49,736 nucleotides of DNA from Candidatus Bathyarchaeota archaeon. Lineage in GTDB: Archaea > Thermoproteota > Bathyarchaeia > Bathyarchaeales > Bathycorpusculaceae. The stretch lies in assembly GCA_963775685.1 (NCBI GenBank), contig CAVZJV010000003.1:1-49736 (forward strand). The letters are read 5' to 3'. The translations under genes and the position numbers were made by a program. This document shows positions 16,557-25,998 of this stretch, piece after piece (the stretch's first letter is position 1; each line of letters starts with the position of its first letter). The notes below the pieces were generated by a model. That model was not told the DNA's origin, did not search any database, and worked only from the letters and a program-made list of their open reading frames with translations.

Positions 16557-18251
16557 CTATTTTGGAGGCGCCTTCGCCCTTATCTGCGCCAATTGTTCTT
16601 CGAGTTTTATTTCGTTGGAGTCTATTTTGTGGAAAAGCGGGGTTGGCTTATTTATTTTGTGCCCTGCCTCTATCGGCTGTAAGGCGTCGCTCCAGCGGCT
16701 TTTGCCGACGGTTTCAGGGAGATTTAGTGTTTGCCAAAGTTGCTGCGCCGTCTGGGGCATAAAGGGCTCCGAAACCACCGCGATTGACTTAACGACCTGC
16801 GCTGCAACGTAGAAGATTGTGCCTGCTTTTTCCCTATCAGTCTTCATCAGGTTCCACGGTTCCTTCGTGTTAAGGTACTGGTTACCTATGCGACTAATGG
16901 CGATAAGCGCATTCGCGGCGGATTGCAGCCATGAATCCTCGATTTCCTTTGCCGCACGCTCCACCTTCTCCTTTACTGCCTGCAGGACTGCTTCGTCGTC
17001 TTTGTCGAGTTTGGTAGGTACTGGGATTTGCCCGTCGAACTTGCTGTTTATGAACGAGAGAGTCCGGTGGATGAAGTTGCCGAAGGTGTCGTTTAAGTCA
17101 GCGTTGATTTTCTCCAAGAACGCGGTCCATGTGAAGTTGGTGTCTTTACTTTCGGGTCTTGTAGCGATGAGGAAGAAGCGCCAGTAGTCCAGTGGAAACA
17201 TCTCTAATGCTTCGTCTATCCATATGCCCACCCGCTGGCTTTTGGAGGCTTTTTGTCCTCTGAACTGGAGGAATTCAGTGGCGGAAATGTTCCACGGCAG
17301 ATTGTAGCCTTGACCCGAAGCCAACAGCAAGGCTGGCAATATTATGGTGTGGAAAGGAATATTATCTTTACCAACGAAGTACAGGGTTTTAGCGTCTTTG
17401 TCAAACCAGAATTCACGCCACTTCTCAGGCTGCCCTAAGCGCTGGCACAACTCGATAGTAGCAGAAACATAGCCTAAAACGGCATCCACCCAAACGTAGA
17501 TGGTTTTGCCCTCTGCTCCTTCAAACGGCGCTGGGATGCCCCATTCGACGTCACGGGTGACGGCGCGGGGTTTTAAGCCTTCTTTAATCCAGTTTAAACT
17601 AAAGTTCTTCACGTTAGTTGGCAATTGTTGGTTTTCCTTTAGGAACTGGGTTAAGGGTTCGGCGAGCCTTGATAGGTCGATGTACCAGTGCCTTGTAGTC
17701 TTCAAGGTGGGCTTGCTCTTGCAGATGACACAATACGGATTCACCAGAGCTGTGGGTTCCAGAAGTTTGCCACAGATGTCACATTGGTCGCCTCGGGCTT
17801 TTTCGCAGCCGCAGTAGGGGCATTTGCCCTCGACAAAGCGGTCGGGTAAAAACCGTTGATCATGCTCACAGTAGAGCATCTGGGTGTCTTGAGCGAATAT
17901 GTAACCGTTCTTTTGGATTTCAAGCAAGGTTTTTTGGACAAACTCTTTGTGGATGGGGCTCTCGGTGCTGGTATAGTTGTCAAAGGAGGCATTCCATCGG
18001 TGGAAAAGCTCTGCGACGCTGGCGTGGTTGCGGTCTGTCAAAGCTTTGGGTGTGATGCCCTGTTTTATGGCTTCTACCTCAATGGGTGTACCATGCGTGT
18101 CGGAGCCGCTTACCATCAAAACATCACTACCTTTAAGGCGGTAGTATCGGGCAGTAACGTCGGCGGAAAGCACCGAGCCAACAAGGTTACCAAGATGAGG
18201 CGTAACATTGATGTACGGCCAAGCGGATGTAACTAAAACTTTTTCAAGCAA
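16557..18251 (-). CDS. metG: Methionine--tRNA ligase
   Basis: TSAWPYIN..PHLGN, SGSDTHG, Zn knuckles, YVWVDA, GKDNIPFH and KASKS. Likely TTG start at 18251; no C-terminal Trbp111 domain. Confidence 0.97.
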   Translation of the reverse strand: MLEKVLVTSAWPYINVTPHLGNLVGSVLSADVTARYYRLKGSDVLMVSGSDTHGTPIEVEAIKQGITPKALTDRNHASVAELFHRWNASFDNYTSTESPIHKEFVQKTLLEIQKNGYIFAQDTQMLYCEHDQRFLPDRFVEGKCPYCGCEKARGDQCDICGKLLEPTALVNPYCVICKSKPTLKTTRHWYIDLSRLAEPLTQFLKENQQLPTNVKNFSLNWIKEGLKPRAVTRDVEWGIPAPFEGAEGKTIYVWVDAVLGYVSATIELCQRLGQPEKWREFWFDKDAKTLYFVGKDNIPFHTIILPALLLASGQGYNLPWNISATEFLQFRGQKASKSQRVGIWIDEALEMFPLDYWRFFLIATRPESKDTNFTWTAFLEKINADLNDTFGNFIHRTLSFINSKFDGQIPVPTKLDKDDEAVLQAVKEKVERAAKEIEDSWLQSAANALIAISRIGNQYLNTKEPWNLMKTDREKAGTIFYVAAQVVKSIAVVSEPFMPQTAQQLWQTLNLPETVGKSRWSDALQPIEAGHKINKPTPLFHKIDSNEIKLEEQLAQIRAKAPPK

Positions 18252-18372
18252 AGGTATCATCAACAAACCGTTTGGTGTCAACCTTATTAAAATTGCTATA
18301 AATCATTTGTAGGTTTATTTTGGTAAGGCTTAAATCATGAAAACGCGCTACCCGTAGTTTGAGGTTTCACAG

Positions 18373-19436
18373 TTGCCATATTGTCGTAGATGCGGTACTA
18401 AACTCGATGAGGATGCACATTTCTGTCACAAATGTGGAACCCCTATCGCCACTTACGTCCCATCTATACCTGCAACATTACCTGTTCCGCTCAGAAAAGA
18501 ACCCATAATCATGGCAGCAATTGTGTTGACGTCAATTTTAGTCGTGGGAGTAGTTGCCGCGGCTTTACTTACTACGCCGTTCTCGGATGTGAATATTGGA
18601 CAAACAATCCAAGACGAAACTGCAAACGTTGAAAAGTTAAACCTTAATTTTGAATCATCGACCGCGAAGGTAACCGTTTTCGCCCAAAACGTAGATAACA
18701 ATAATTTTGTAATTTCAATTTCAGGTTCTGCTTCAAAAGCCATATTCGGAGGAGAATCCGGACCCCCTGTACAAGTCACAATCTACAATGATACCGTAAA
18801 CGGAGTTCAAACCGTTACTGTAAAGCTTGAGCAGTCAACCGCTTTCTCCAGATATAACGTAGTCTGCACAATCTACGTTAACCCTGCTTTGACCCTGAAC
18901 CTCAACGTAACATCACAAGTGGGTCAAGTTAGTTGCAACTCTGAAAAGCCCACAATTTTTGACTCAACCAACCTACAAGCGTCGACGGGTGCTGTGGTCG
19001 CGAACCTTCAAAATGTGACAGTTGCAGGAAATGTAACTCTTAGACTCAAACTGGAACTGTGGACTTTCGGACAAGTCAAATCAAATTTGAAGGAAACAAC
19101 ACCGTTAGTCTTCATTCAAATACTGGATCCGTAAACATGGACGTAACCCAAACCAATTTGCTTCAAGGGAACCTTCAGATAAACGCAGTTACCGAATGGG
19201 GCTCAGTAAACGTTGGCCTGCAAATTGACGGCGACGTTGGAGCCAAAATCACCTCACAAACCGACCATGGAAGTATACATACTGATCTGCAGAATTTTTC
19301 AAGCAACCAATCCCCAATTCAATCAGACAATTACCCAGCATCAAGCAATTTCAAAGTTTACAGCTATACAGGTTTGGGCAGCATCAACATAAACGCCGCT
19401 TACCAATTATCCAGTGGACCCCCCATAAGAAACTAA
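18373..19436 (+). CDS. Zinc-ribbon, TM and beta-solenoid (DUF4097/adhesin-like) membrane protein; frameshift near 19045
   Basis: MPYCRRCG...FCHKCG followed by a TM helix. The repeating TGSV motifs continue across ORFs 18373..19134 and 19059..19436. Confidence 0.75.
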
Positions 19437-19502
19437 GTTTTTGACCCCTAAAAGTTTAAAACTGTCCTTAAACTTTTAGACAGCAAATATAAGGTGAATT
19501 TT

Positions 19503-19742
19503 TTGTCAGAACAAAAAAAGATAACACGCCAAGAGCTACAGCAAAATAACGGCAAAAACGGAAAACCAGCATACATCGCCTATCAAGGCAAAGTCTATGA
19601 GGTTACAAATAGCAGTTTTTGGCTGGAAGGCGACCACATGGGAATGCATGACGCAGGCAAAGACTTAACCGAAGAACTGGAGATGGCGCCGCACCGAGAG
19701 GAAACGTTCACAAGAGTGAAGCTTGTAGGCGAATTAGTCTAA
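19503..19742 (+). CDS. Cytochrome b5-like heme/steroid-binding protein
   Basis: GKNGKPAYIAYQGKVYEVT, W..G.H...H.AGKDLT and APH motifs. Confidence 0.9.
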   Translation: MSEQKKITRQELQQNNGKNGKPAYIAYQGKVYEVTNSSFWLEGDHMGMHDAGKDLTEELEMAPHREETFTRVKLVGELV

Positions 19743-20977
19743 AAGATGCATTGCAGCACACTATCGACCCTACGTAGACCTTTCAACACATTTTTTATGT
19801 CCTTCTCGCTTAACGTTTCTCTTATTTCATGAACTGTATTGATAGTTTGGTATACTTTGTCGAATGCAGATTTAACATCTAAATCTTTATTCATGTAATC
19901 CTCGAAATCAACCGTAATTTGGACAGCAAGCGGTCCTTCCTTTAGTGTTTTGGGTGCGGGTTTTGTATTCTTCAAATCTGCAACAAAGCGCTTAAGCAAA
20001 TCCAGCTTCTTAGTGGTTTTAGACAGCTTCTCGAATGTGAAGTTTAGTTTTTTCCTGTAAGGACCATAAATAAGAAAGAACCTTAGTTGATCTCCGCTGA
20101 AGCCTTTGGCTATCAAGTCGCTTGGGTAATAGACATTGCCTTTGCTTTTGGACATTTTTTTGCCATCCACAAACAGGTGTCCGCCGTGTAGCCAGTATCT
20201 TGAGAACTGTCGTCCTGAAACAGCTTCTGCAACCGCTAGCGTGTAGTCATGGTGTCTGACTAAATTATCGACTCCCCCGCAAGCTATGTCAACGCTGAAA
20301 CCCAAATGCTTAGTTACGATGGCTGCGTCCTGAATGTTCCACGCTGGTCGTCCCCTACCAACAGGCGTTTGAAAGCATAATGCGCTGTCTTGTTTGCATC
20401 CATGCCAAAGCACAAAGTCGCCCTTGTTCCATGGCGTACCCGGATAAGTATCTAGGTGAAATCGGCGCTTCTTCCTTGGCCATTTGCTCATATCTAGATG
20501 CGTAAGTTGGCCGAATCCCAGAAATTTTTGTGGATCAAAATAAACGTTTTTCCCGCCTTTGTAGGTGTAATAGTAAGCGGTGCCTTTTTCGATTAGCTGG
20601 GAAATGAGTTTTGCCGCTTGATCTACCGCCGTCGCAGCTCTAACGGGGTAATCAGGCTTTTTGATTTTTAATAGCTCAAAGTCCCTAAAGAAAACTGCTT
20701 CATTTTTGCTTGTTATCGCTTCTACAGATATTTTTTCTTTTTTGGCTTGCGCTAAGGCTTTGTCTTCTATGTCAGTCAACGTCATCAACCGACTAACATC
20801 GTAACCTAAATATTCTAAGTAACGCTGGAGTATGTCTTCAAATAGGAAAGTGCGGTAGTTTCCAATGTGGGCTCGCTGGTAAGTGGACGGCCCGCAAGTG
20901 TACATTTTGAGTTTTTTGTTTTCGGTGGGAGTGAAGGGCTCTATTTTTTGTGTTAAAGAATTGTAGAGGTTGAGCAC
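19739..20977 (-). CDS. Cysteine--tRNA ligase paralog (class I ligase with an altered amino-acid pocket)
   Basis: LYNSLT, MYTCGP, HIGN, TDIEDK, DFVLW and KMSKS are present, but GRPAWNIQD and HHDYT replace GRPGWHIEC and HHENE. No anticodon domain. Confidence 0.85.
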   Translation of the reverse strand: MLNLYNSLTQKIEPFTPTENKKLKMYTCGPSTYQRAHIGNYRTFLFEDILQRYLEYLGYDVSRLMTLTDIEDKALAQAKKEKISVEAITSKNEAVFFRDFELLKIKKPDYPVRAATAVDQAAKLISQLIEKGTAYYYTYKGGKNVYFDPQKFLGFGQLTHLDMSKWPRKKRRFHLDTYPGTPWNKGDFVLWHGCKQDSALCFQTPVGRGRPAWNIQDAAIVTKHLGFSVDIACGGVDNLVRHHDYTLAVAEAVSGRQFSRYWLHGGHLFVDGKKMSKSKGNVYYPSDLIAKGFSGDQLRFFLIYGPYRKKLNFTFEKLSKTTKKLDLLKRFVADLKNTKPAPKTLKEGPLAVQITVDFEDYMNKDLDVKSAFDKVYQTINTVHEIRETLSEKDIKNVLKGLRRVDSVLQCIF

Positions 20978-20991
20978 GGTTACTTCTCCAG

Positions 20992-21468
20992 TTAAAAGGA
21001 GCCTTTTTCTTCTTTATCTATCTGAATTAACGTTTTCTTTGCTTCTTCCACATGTCGTTGGGTTTGGCTTTGAGAATTAAAAATGTGGCGAACAACACCC
21101 TTCTTGTCGATGATGTAGGTAACACGTCCAGGCAGAAAACCCATAGTCGAAGGCACACCGTAGAGTTCTCTGACCTTGTTGTCTTTGTCGCTGAGAAGAA
21201 TAAATGGCAACCCGTAATGCGTAGCGAAAGACTTATGTGACTCCACACTTTGTCCGCTTATACCTAGAACTTCAGCGCCCAAACTGGTTAATTGCTCGTA
21301 GTTATCTCTGAATGTGCATGCTTCTTTAGTACAACCTGGAGTTTCGTCTTTGGGATAAAAGTACAAAACCACGTTTTTCTTTCCGAGGAATTCTGAAAGG
21401 GTAACGTTGTCGCCCATTTGGGAGTGAAGAGTAAAATCAGAGGCTTTATCACCTACTTTAATCGCCAA
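20992..21468 (-). CDS. bcp: Peroxiredoxin, BCP/PrxQ family
   Basis: YFYPKDETPGCTKEAC.FRD and GRVTYIID motifs. Confidence 0.92.
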   Translation of the reverse strand: MAIKVGDKASDFTLHSQMGDNVTLSEFLGKKNVVLYFYPKDETPGCTKEACTFRDNYEQLTSLGAEVLGISGQSVESHKSFATHYGLPFILLSDKDNKVRELYGVPSTMGFLPGRVTYIIDKKGVVRHIFNSQSQTQRHVEEAKKTLIQIDKEEKGSF

Positions 21469-21566
21469 AAAATCACCATACAATAGTGGCTCTTAAGGGC
21501 TATTATGGTTTTCGCGCTCGATTAAATGTTATAAGAGACTCTTCACATAGCAAGCATGGGATTTGT

Positions 21567-22166
21567 TTGGAAAAAACCTTGACTGTTGCCAACCATAAAT
21601 GTCGCACCTTATACAGTTTGGGTTCCGGAGTACCGGTAGTTTTTCTTCATGGTTTATCTTACAATGGCGAAATATGGCAACACATAGGCATAACCGACTT
21701 CTTAATCCAGAAGCATATTCCCTTTTTAGCGTTGGATATGCCGTATGGCATGCGGAGCCAGTGCCAGGCAAAAACCCGCAGTCCCGAGCGTAACGTAACC
21801 TTTGCCAACGAAGCTACGCAAATGGTTTTTGGCTCTCAACCACCCGTATTGGTAGGTGCGAGCATAGGGGGTAACATTGCGCTCCGATATGCCTCAAGGT
21901 TTCCTGTGAAAGGCTTATTGCTGATTGCCCCAGCAAGATCTCTCGAAGTGGATCTTGTGCAGTCTTATAGCAAATTCAAGTTTCCAACAACAATAATTTT
22001 TGGTTCAGAAGACAATATAGTAGCAAGCGAAGATATGCGCACCTTAGCCGACAAGCTACCCAAAGCCAAACTCATTATCTATGATGGAGCAAAACACTCT
22101 GCTTATAAGGACCAACCTGTCCGCTTTAAACATGATTTGATTGAGCTGTACGCTAACGTAGAATGA
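21567..22166 (+). CDS. Alpha/beta hydrolase
   Basis: FLHG, GASIGG nucleophile elbow, GSEDNIV and AKH. Confidence 0.88.
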   Translation: MEKTLTVANHKCRTLYSLGSGVPVVFLHGLSYNGEIWQHIGITDFLIQKHIPFLALDMPYGMRSQCQAKTRSPERNVTFANEATQMVFGSQPPVLVGASIGGNIALRYASRFPVKGLLLIAPARSLEVDLVQSYSKFKFPTTIIFGSEDNIVASEDMRTLADKLPKAKLIIYDGAKHSAYKDQPVRFKHDLIELYANVE

Positions 22167-22172
22167 GGAAAA

Positions 22173-22727
22173 TTATAGTTTCGCAGTTATGAGATAATGA
22201 TGGGGCCCAGCATCCCTAACATCTATGTCGTCAAAACCTGAAGCCCGTAACAAACCAGACGCGTACGCCTCGCTAAACCTTATGGAGACAGGCGGACCAA
22301 AAGTCATTTGCTTTTTTTTCCAATCCAAATCAAGTAGTCGCCCACTTGGTTTTATCATTTGTTTGGCGTTTTGGAGCACTTTTGCTGGGTCACTGAAATC
22401 ATGCAGATCCATGCTGTAGAAAACGAAATCAACGCATTGCATGCAAAGAACTGTGTCTTCTGCTTTACCCACCTTGGCAGTTATGTTGGTTAAGCGTTCT
22501 GCTTTTGCCTTGGTTTTCAGCTTTTCAATTCCAGAGGGATCAATATCGACGGCGTAGACTTTGCCGCTTGCGCCCACTTTTTTTGCTGCTAAAAGACTAA
22601 AGAAGCCGTCACCACAGCCTACGTCTACGAAAACCATGCCTTCTTGAAGTTCTTTTAGTATTTCTTCTGGATTGTACCATGACCGTCTTGTCGGTTCATC
22701 GAGACTAAAGCCGCCGTGACATCCCAC
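22173..22727 (-). CDS. Class I SAM-dependent methyltransferase
   Basis: DVGCGDG, VYAVDID, LHDF and DWKK...GPP motifs. Confidence 0.9.
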   Translation of the reverse strand: MGCHGGFSLDEPTRRSWYNPEEILKELQEGMVFVDVGCGDGFFSLLAAKKVGASGKVYAVDIDPSGIEKLKTKAKAERLTNITAKVGKAEDTVLCMQCVDFVFYSMDLHDFSDPAKVLQNAKQMIKPSGRLLDLDWKKKQMTFGPPVSIRFSEAYASGLLRASGFDDIDVRDAGPHHYLITAKL

Positions 22728-22728
22728 A

Positions 22729-23040
22729 TTAAAAACCTGCTGGCTCGGGCTTTAGGAGTTCTCGGATTTGCTTTTCGTGTACTTGCCGAGTGGTTAAGGG
22801 GTAGATTTCTCGTTCACTGTCAAAGAACATAGGGTCCTGTCCGATGATTTTTGAGAGCTTTTCGTCTGAGTCAACGTTAACTATGAGCATGCTCCCTTGC
22901 TGACCAATGAGGTGATAGGTGGCTTCAAGCGTTTTGTCTTTTTCTAAGCTATCAAAATATTTGAATTGCATAGGAAGCAATTTTGCCCATTTTTCTATGG
23001 GAACCTCGCGTTTGATTTTCTGTATGATTAAAAACTTCAT
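22729..23040 (-). CDS. Muconolactone isomerase/DUF3303-like protein
   Basis: MKFLI, G..LIVNVDS.E.L...I..DP and EIYPL pattern. Confidence 0.6.
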   Translation of the reverse strand: MKFLIIQKIKREVPIEKWAKLLPMQFKYFDSLEKDKTLEATYHLIGQQGSMLIVNVDSDEKLSKIIGQDPMFFDSEREIYPLTTRQVHEKQIRELLKPEPAGF

Positions 23041-23587
23041 AATTATCCCTAAAAAGAATGTGTCTGTTTAGTTATAAAATCTTTCTTTGAAAAAGCCATA
23101 GTTTCTTGACGTTTTTGCAGTGCAATGTATATTGTTTAATTGGGATAATAATTTTCATATTCTGTTCAAAAAATACCAAGCCTTATGCTTTCTTTCTGCA
23201 AATGTCTGCTTATATTTCTTGGGAGTGAATGTTATTTATTTTGGAGTAAAATTTTATAAAAATAGTGTACGGTAGACGGACACTTATTGAGTGTGGAGCA
23301 TATTTGTCTCGAATTGCTAAGAAAAAAAAGCCTCGACAAAGCGGGTCATCTGAGATAAAATGTTCTTTGAGGGATGAGGATTTTACTGGTTCCAAACGTT
23401 AAAGTCATGAGCGAATCCATCGAAGTTCGAGTCGCGAAGCGTATAAGCAAAATAAAAGACTCAAGAAGCCGAAACGGAAACTGAACTCATACACGACGAC
23501 TTGATAGCTAAAATAATAGAAAAAGAAATCATATCATAGAATCTTTTGCGAAACAAAAGAAAAAAAGATTTTTAGAAGAAGACATAT

Positions 23588-23740
23588 TTACGGTTTGTTC
23601 TCTCCACCTCGCCTCATCATCTCGGGAATCTTTGTGGAAGCCTTAGACATCGCGTCTTTAACTACACTCATCAATTCCTCGTTAACTTCGAGTTCAACGG
23701 TTACTTTCAACTTACCTTTCTTCTCAGGCATTTCAGTCAT
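23588..23740 (-). CDS. Small hypothetical protein (50 aa)
   Basis: MTEMPEKKGKLKVTVELEVNEELMSVVKDAMSKASTKIPEMMRRGGENKP, with a strong AGGAGGTG RBS. Confidence 0.75.
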   Translation of the reverse strand: MTEMPEKKGKLKVTVELEVNEELMSVVKDAMSKASTKIPEMMRRGGENKP

Positions 23741-23761
23741 GGAACCACCTCCTAAACTTGC

Positions 23762-24037
23762 TTAACTGTTTAGGAAAAAAAAGTTACCTAAAAGATGCAC
23801 AGCTTGTTTGCCCGTTAAATTTAAATCCATCTCGATTCGGTAGTGATATTTGCCTAGTCGTTTTGTGTGAGTTTTGTAGTCACCGATTGTCCCTGCTTTC
23901 TTGAAACGATGCAGTTGCTGGTTCATCAGAACTGTAATTGCTGTGGGCGCTAAAGGTTCAAAAACGAAAGCAACCCTCATTAGAACGCGAACTGCACTAC
24001 CGATGAGTGATTCGGAAACTGATTCTTCATTTGCCAT
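23762..24037 (-). CDS. Hypothetical protein
   Basis: 91-aa ORF with GAGG RBS, co-oriented with the 50-aa ORF. Confidence 0.65.
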   Translation of the reverse strand: MANEESVSESLIGSAVRVLMRVAFVFEPLAPTAITVLMNQQLHRFKKAGTIGDYKTHTKRLGKYHYRIEMDLNLTGKQAVHLLGNFFFLNS

Positions 24038-24177
24038 TTTTTTGCCTCAGTAAAATTTAGCCCTAAAACTACCAAATATGTTCTTGATTTGACAGACAAG
24101 AACTTGATTAACTATTAGTTAGCAGGGTTTTTTTAAGGTTGTGTGACTGTTAATAGCCAACAACAAAGCTGATTCAC

Positions 24178-24681
24178 ATGTCGATGGATGAGTTTAACAT
24201 GCAAATCTACGGCTGCAAAAAATGCAGGCTCTGGCAGGGTGCAAAGCACGGCGTACCCGGCGAGGGCCCCCTAAATACCACAGTCATGTTTGTAGGGCAA
24301 AACCCGGGTGCCGACGAGGACGAAACAGGCAGGCCATTTGTTGGCCGAGCAGGAAAATACCTCACCAAAACACTAGTCGAATTCGGCATAAAACGTGAAG
24401 ACATTTTCATAACCAACATTGTTAAGCATGTTTCCCCCCAAAACCGCAAACCCTTCGACGATGAAGTAAAGGCATGCTTACCTTACCTAATAACACAAAT
24501 TAACACCATTAAACCAAAAATAATAGTCCTGTTAGGTGCATCAGCAAAAGAAACCCCCCGAATAGACGGCATAGAATACATTCAAGTCATCCATCCGTCA
24601 GCAGCCATGCGCTTTACAAACATGCGAGAAAAATTCAGAGTGCAAATCGCTGAATTATCTAAACGAATCCAACAAAAATGA
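24178..24681 (+). CDS. Uracil-DNA glycosylase family 4
   Basis: CKKC.L, GQNPG..ED..GRPFVGRAG, TNIVK, NRKP and HPSA motifs. Confidence 0.9.
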   Translation: MSMDEFNMQIYGCKKCRLWQGAKHGVPGEGPLNTTVMFVGQNPGADEDETGRPFVGRAGKYLTKTLVEFGIKREDIFITNIVKHVSPQNRKPFDDEVKACLPYLITQINTIKPKIIVLLGASAKETPRIDGIEYIQVIHPSAAMRFTNMREKFRVQIAELSKRIQQK

Positions 24682-24795
24682 TAAATTGGGTCTTAGCGGC
24701 ATATTTGGACCCTAATATCCAAGGAATGCAGAAAACGAGGGAGGGGGAGAGTTGCACGAACCTATTTGGATTCTATTAGAAACTGGTTGCAGAAA

Positions 24796-25448
24796 TTATA
24801 GAGGGGTAGGTCGTAAAGGTCTTTTACCAATATCAAGTGCTTGCCATTTCATAGGTTGCCTAAGGATGGTTTTCAATTTTTCTGGCGCTGTTGCGGCTGG
24901 GTTGTTTAGGTATATTTCATGATGTTTGCCGCTTAGGGCGTGTCCGCTGTTTTATGTATGTATGTATTTTTGCTATGGTCGAACCTTCATCAGAAAAGGG
25001 TCCAATATACATTATTTGGGCGGCAGCTCCTTCTTTGAAGCTTTCAAACCTAACCTTAGGCAACACGCCTGGGTTCTTTTTCTTTTTCACCTTTTCAACC
25101 GCCAAGATAAAGTCTTCTGCCGTAACGAATTTTGGCTGCATTATCATAGCCGTCCACTTCCACTCGTCTTGTCGGTCCGCACTGAACTTAGTCATGTCAT
25201 CAACCCACCACAACCCCTCAAGCGGCATGACCACGTAATCGATACCCTTGCCTTTCTTAACCATAAATTTGAGCGTATAAGCGACACTAAATAACGCCTC
25301 AATAGCCTCGCTGTATTGCGGTGACGTGGGTGCACCTTCGCCTGTCAAATAACAGGAAATTCATAGCTGGAACATCAACGGCCGTAACTTCTTTTGCCGA
25401 CGGATTGTATAGGTTTTTTAGCTCTTTTTTTAAATCAATTTTATCCAA
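24796..25448 (-). CDS. GyrI-like small-molecule-binding protein; two frameshifts, near 25343 and 24945
   Basis: MDKIDLKKELKNLYNP...VDVPAMNFL, YVVMPLEGLWW and HHEIYL...PEKLKTILRQP occur in three different frames. Confidence 0.8.
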
Positions 25449-25593
25449 CAAACCCACCATGTTCATATTTGGTGTTCTGAAAATAAAAAAATAGTGTACT
25501 GTCCTTTAGCAATCGCCTAACTGCTTGACACCCAGAAATGTCAACGTTAAAACTATAAAAGAAGGAAGCCACAATTGTTTTTAGGTGAATTTT

Positions 25594-25908
25594 GTGGTAT
25601 TAGCAAGAGAGTCTTTTTGGCATTTTAAAGCAGGGAAACGTGAAGAAGGTTTTGCTGAACTGGATCGGATTCTTAACACTTTAGCAGCAGTTGCACAGGG
25701 TTTTCGCGGTTACATGTCCTTGTTATCTTACGAGGACCCCAATGCATTAACTGTCCTTACGCTTTGGCAAGATGAAGAATCAATGCAGAAGTCCAAGAAA
25801 GGCGAGTTTGCCCAGGCAATAAAAAAAGTGCAAGACCAACTTGAAAGCCCTCCACATACCGAGAATTACCGAGTATTCTCAACCCAGCTCTTTCAACATC
25901 AACAATAA
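25594..25908 (+). CDS. Antibiotic biosynthesis monooxygenase (ABM)-like protein
   Basis: GFRGY..L...D.....VLTLWQDEE pattern. Confidence 0.75.
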   Translation: MVLARESFWHFKAGKREEGFAELDRILNTLAAVAQGFRGYMSLLSYEDPNALTVLTLWQDEESMQKSKKGEFAQAIKKVQDQLESPPHTENYRVFSTQLFQHQQ

Positions 25909-25998
25909 TTTACATACCTTAGACGAAAAAGAGCCCTAACTTTAGCTTTTAAATAAGTGGGCAATAGTTTTTTCAAGCATCAGTGTCCTGTAACATAC

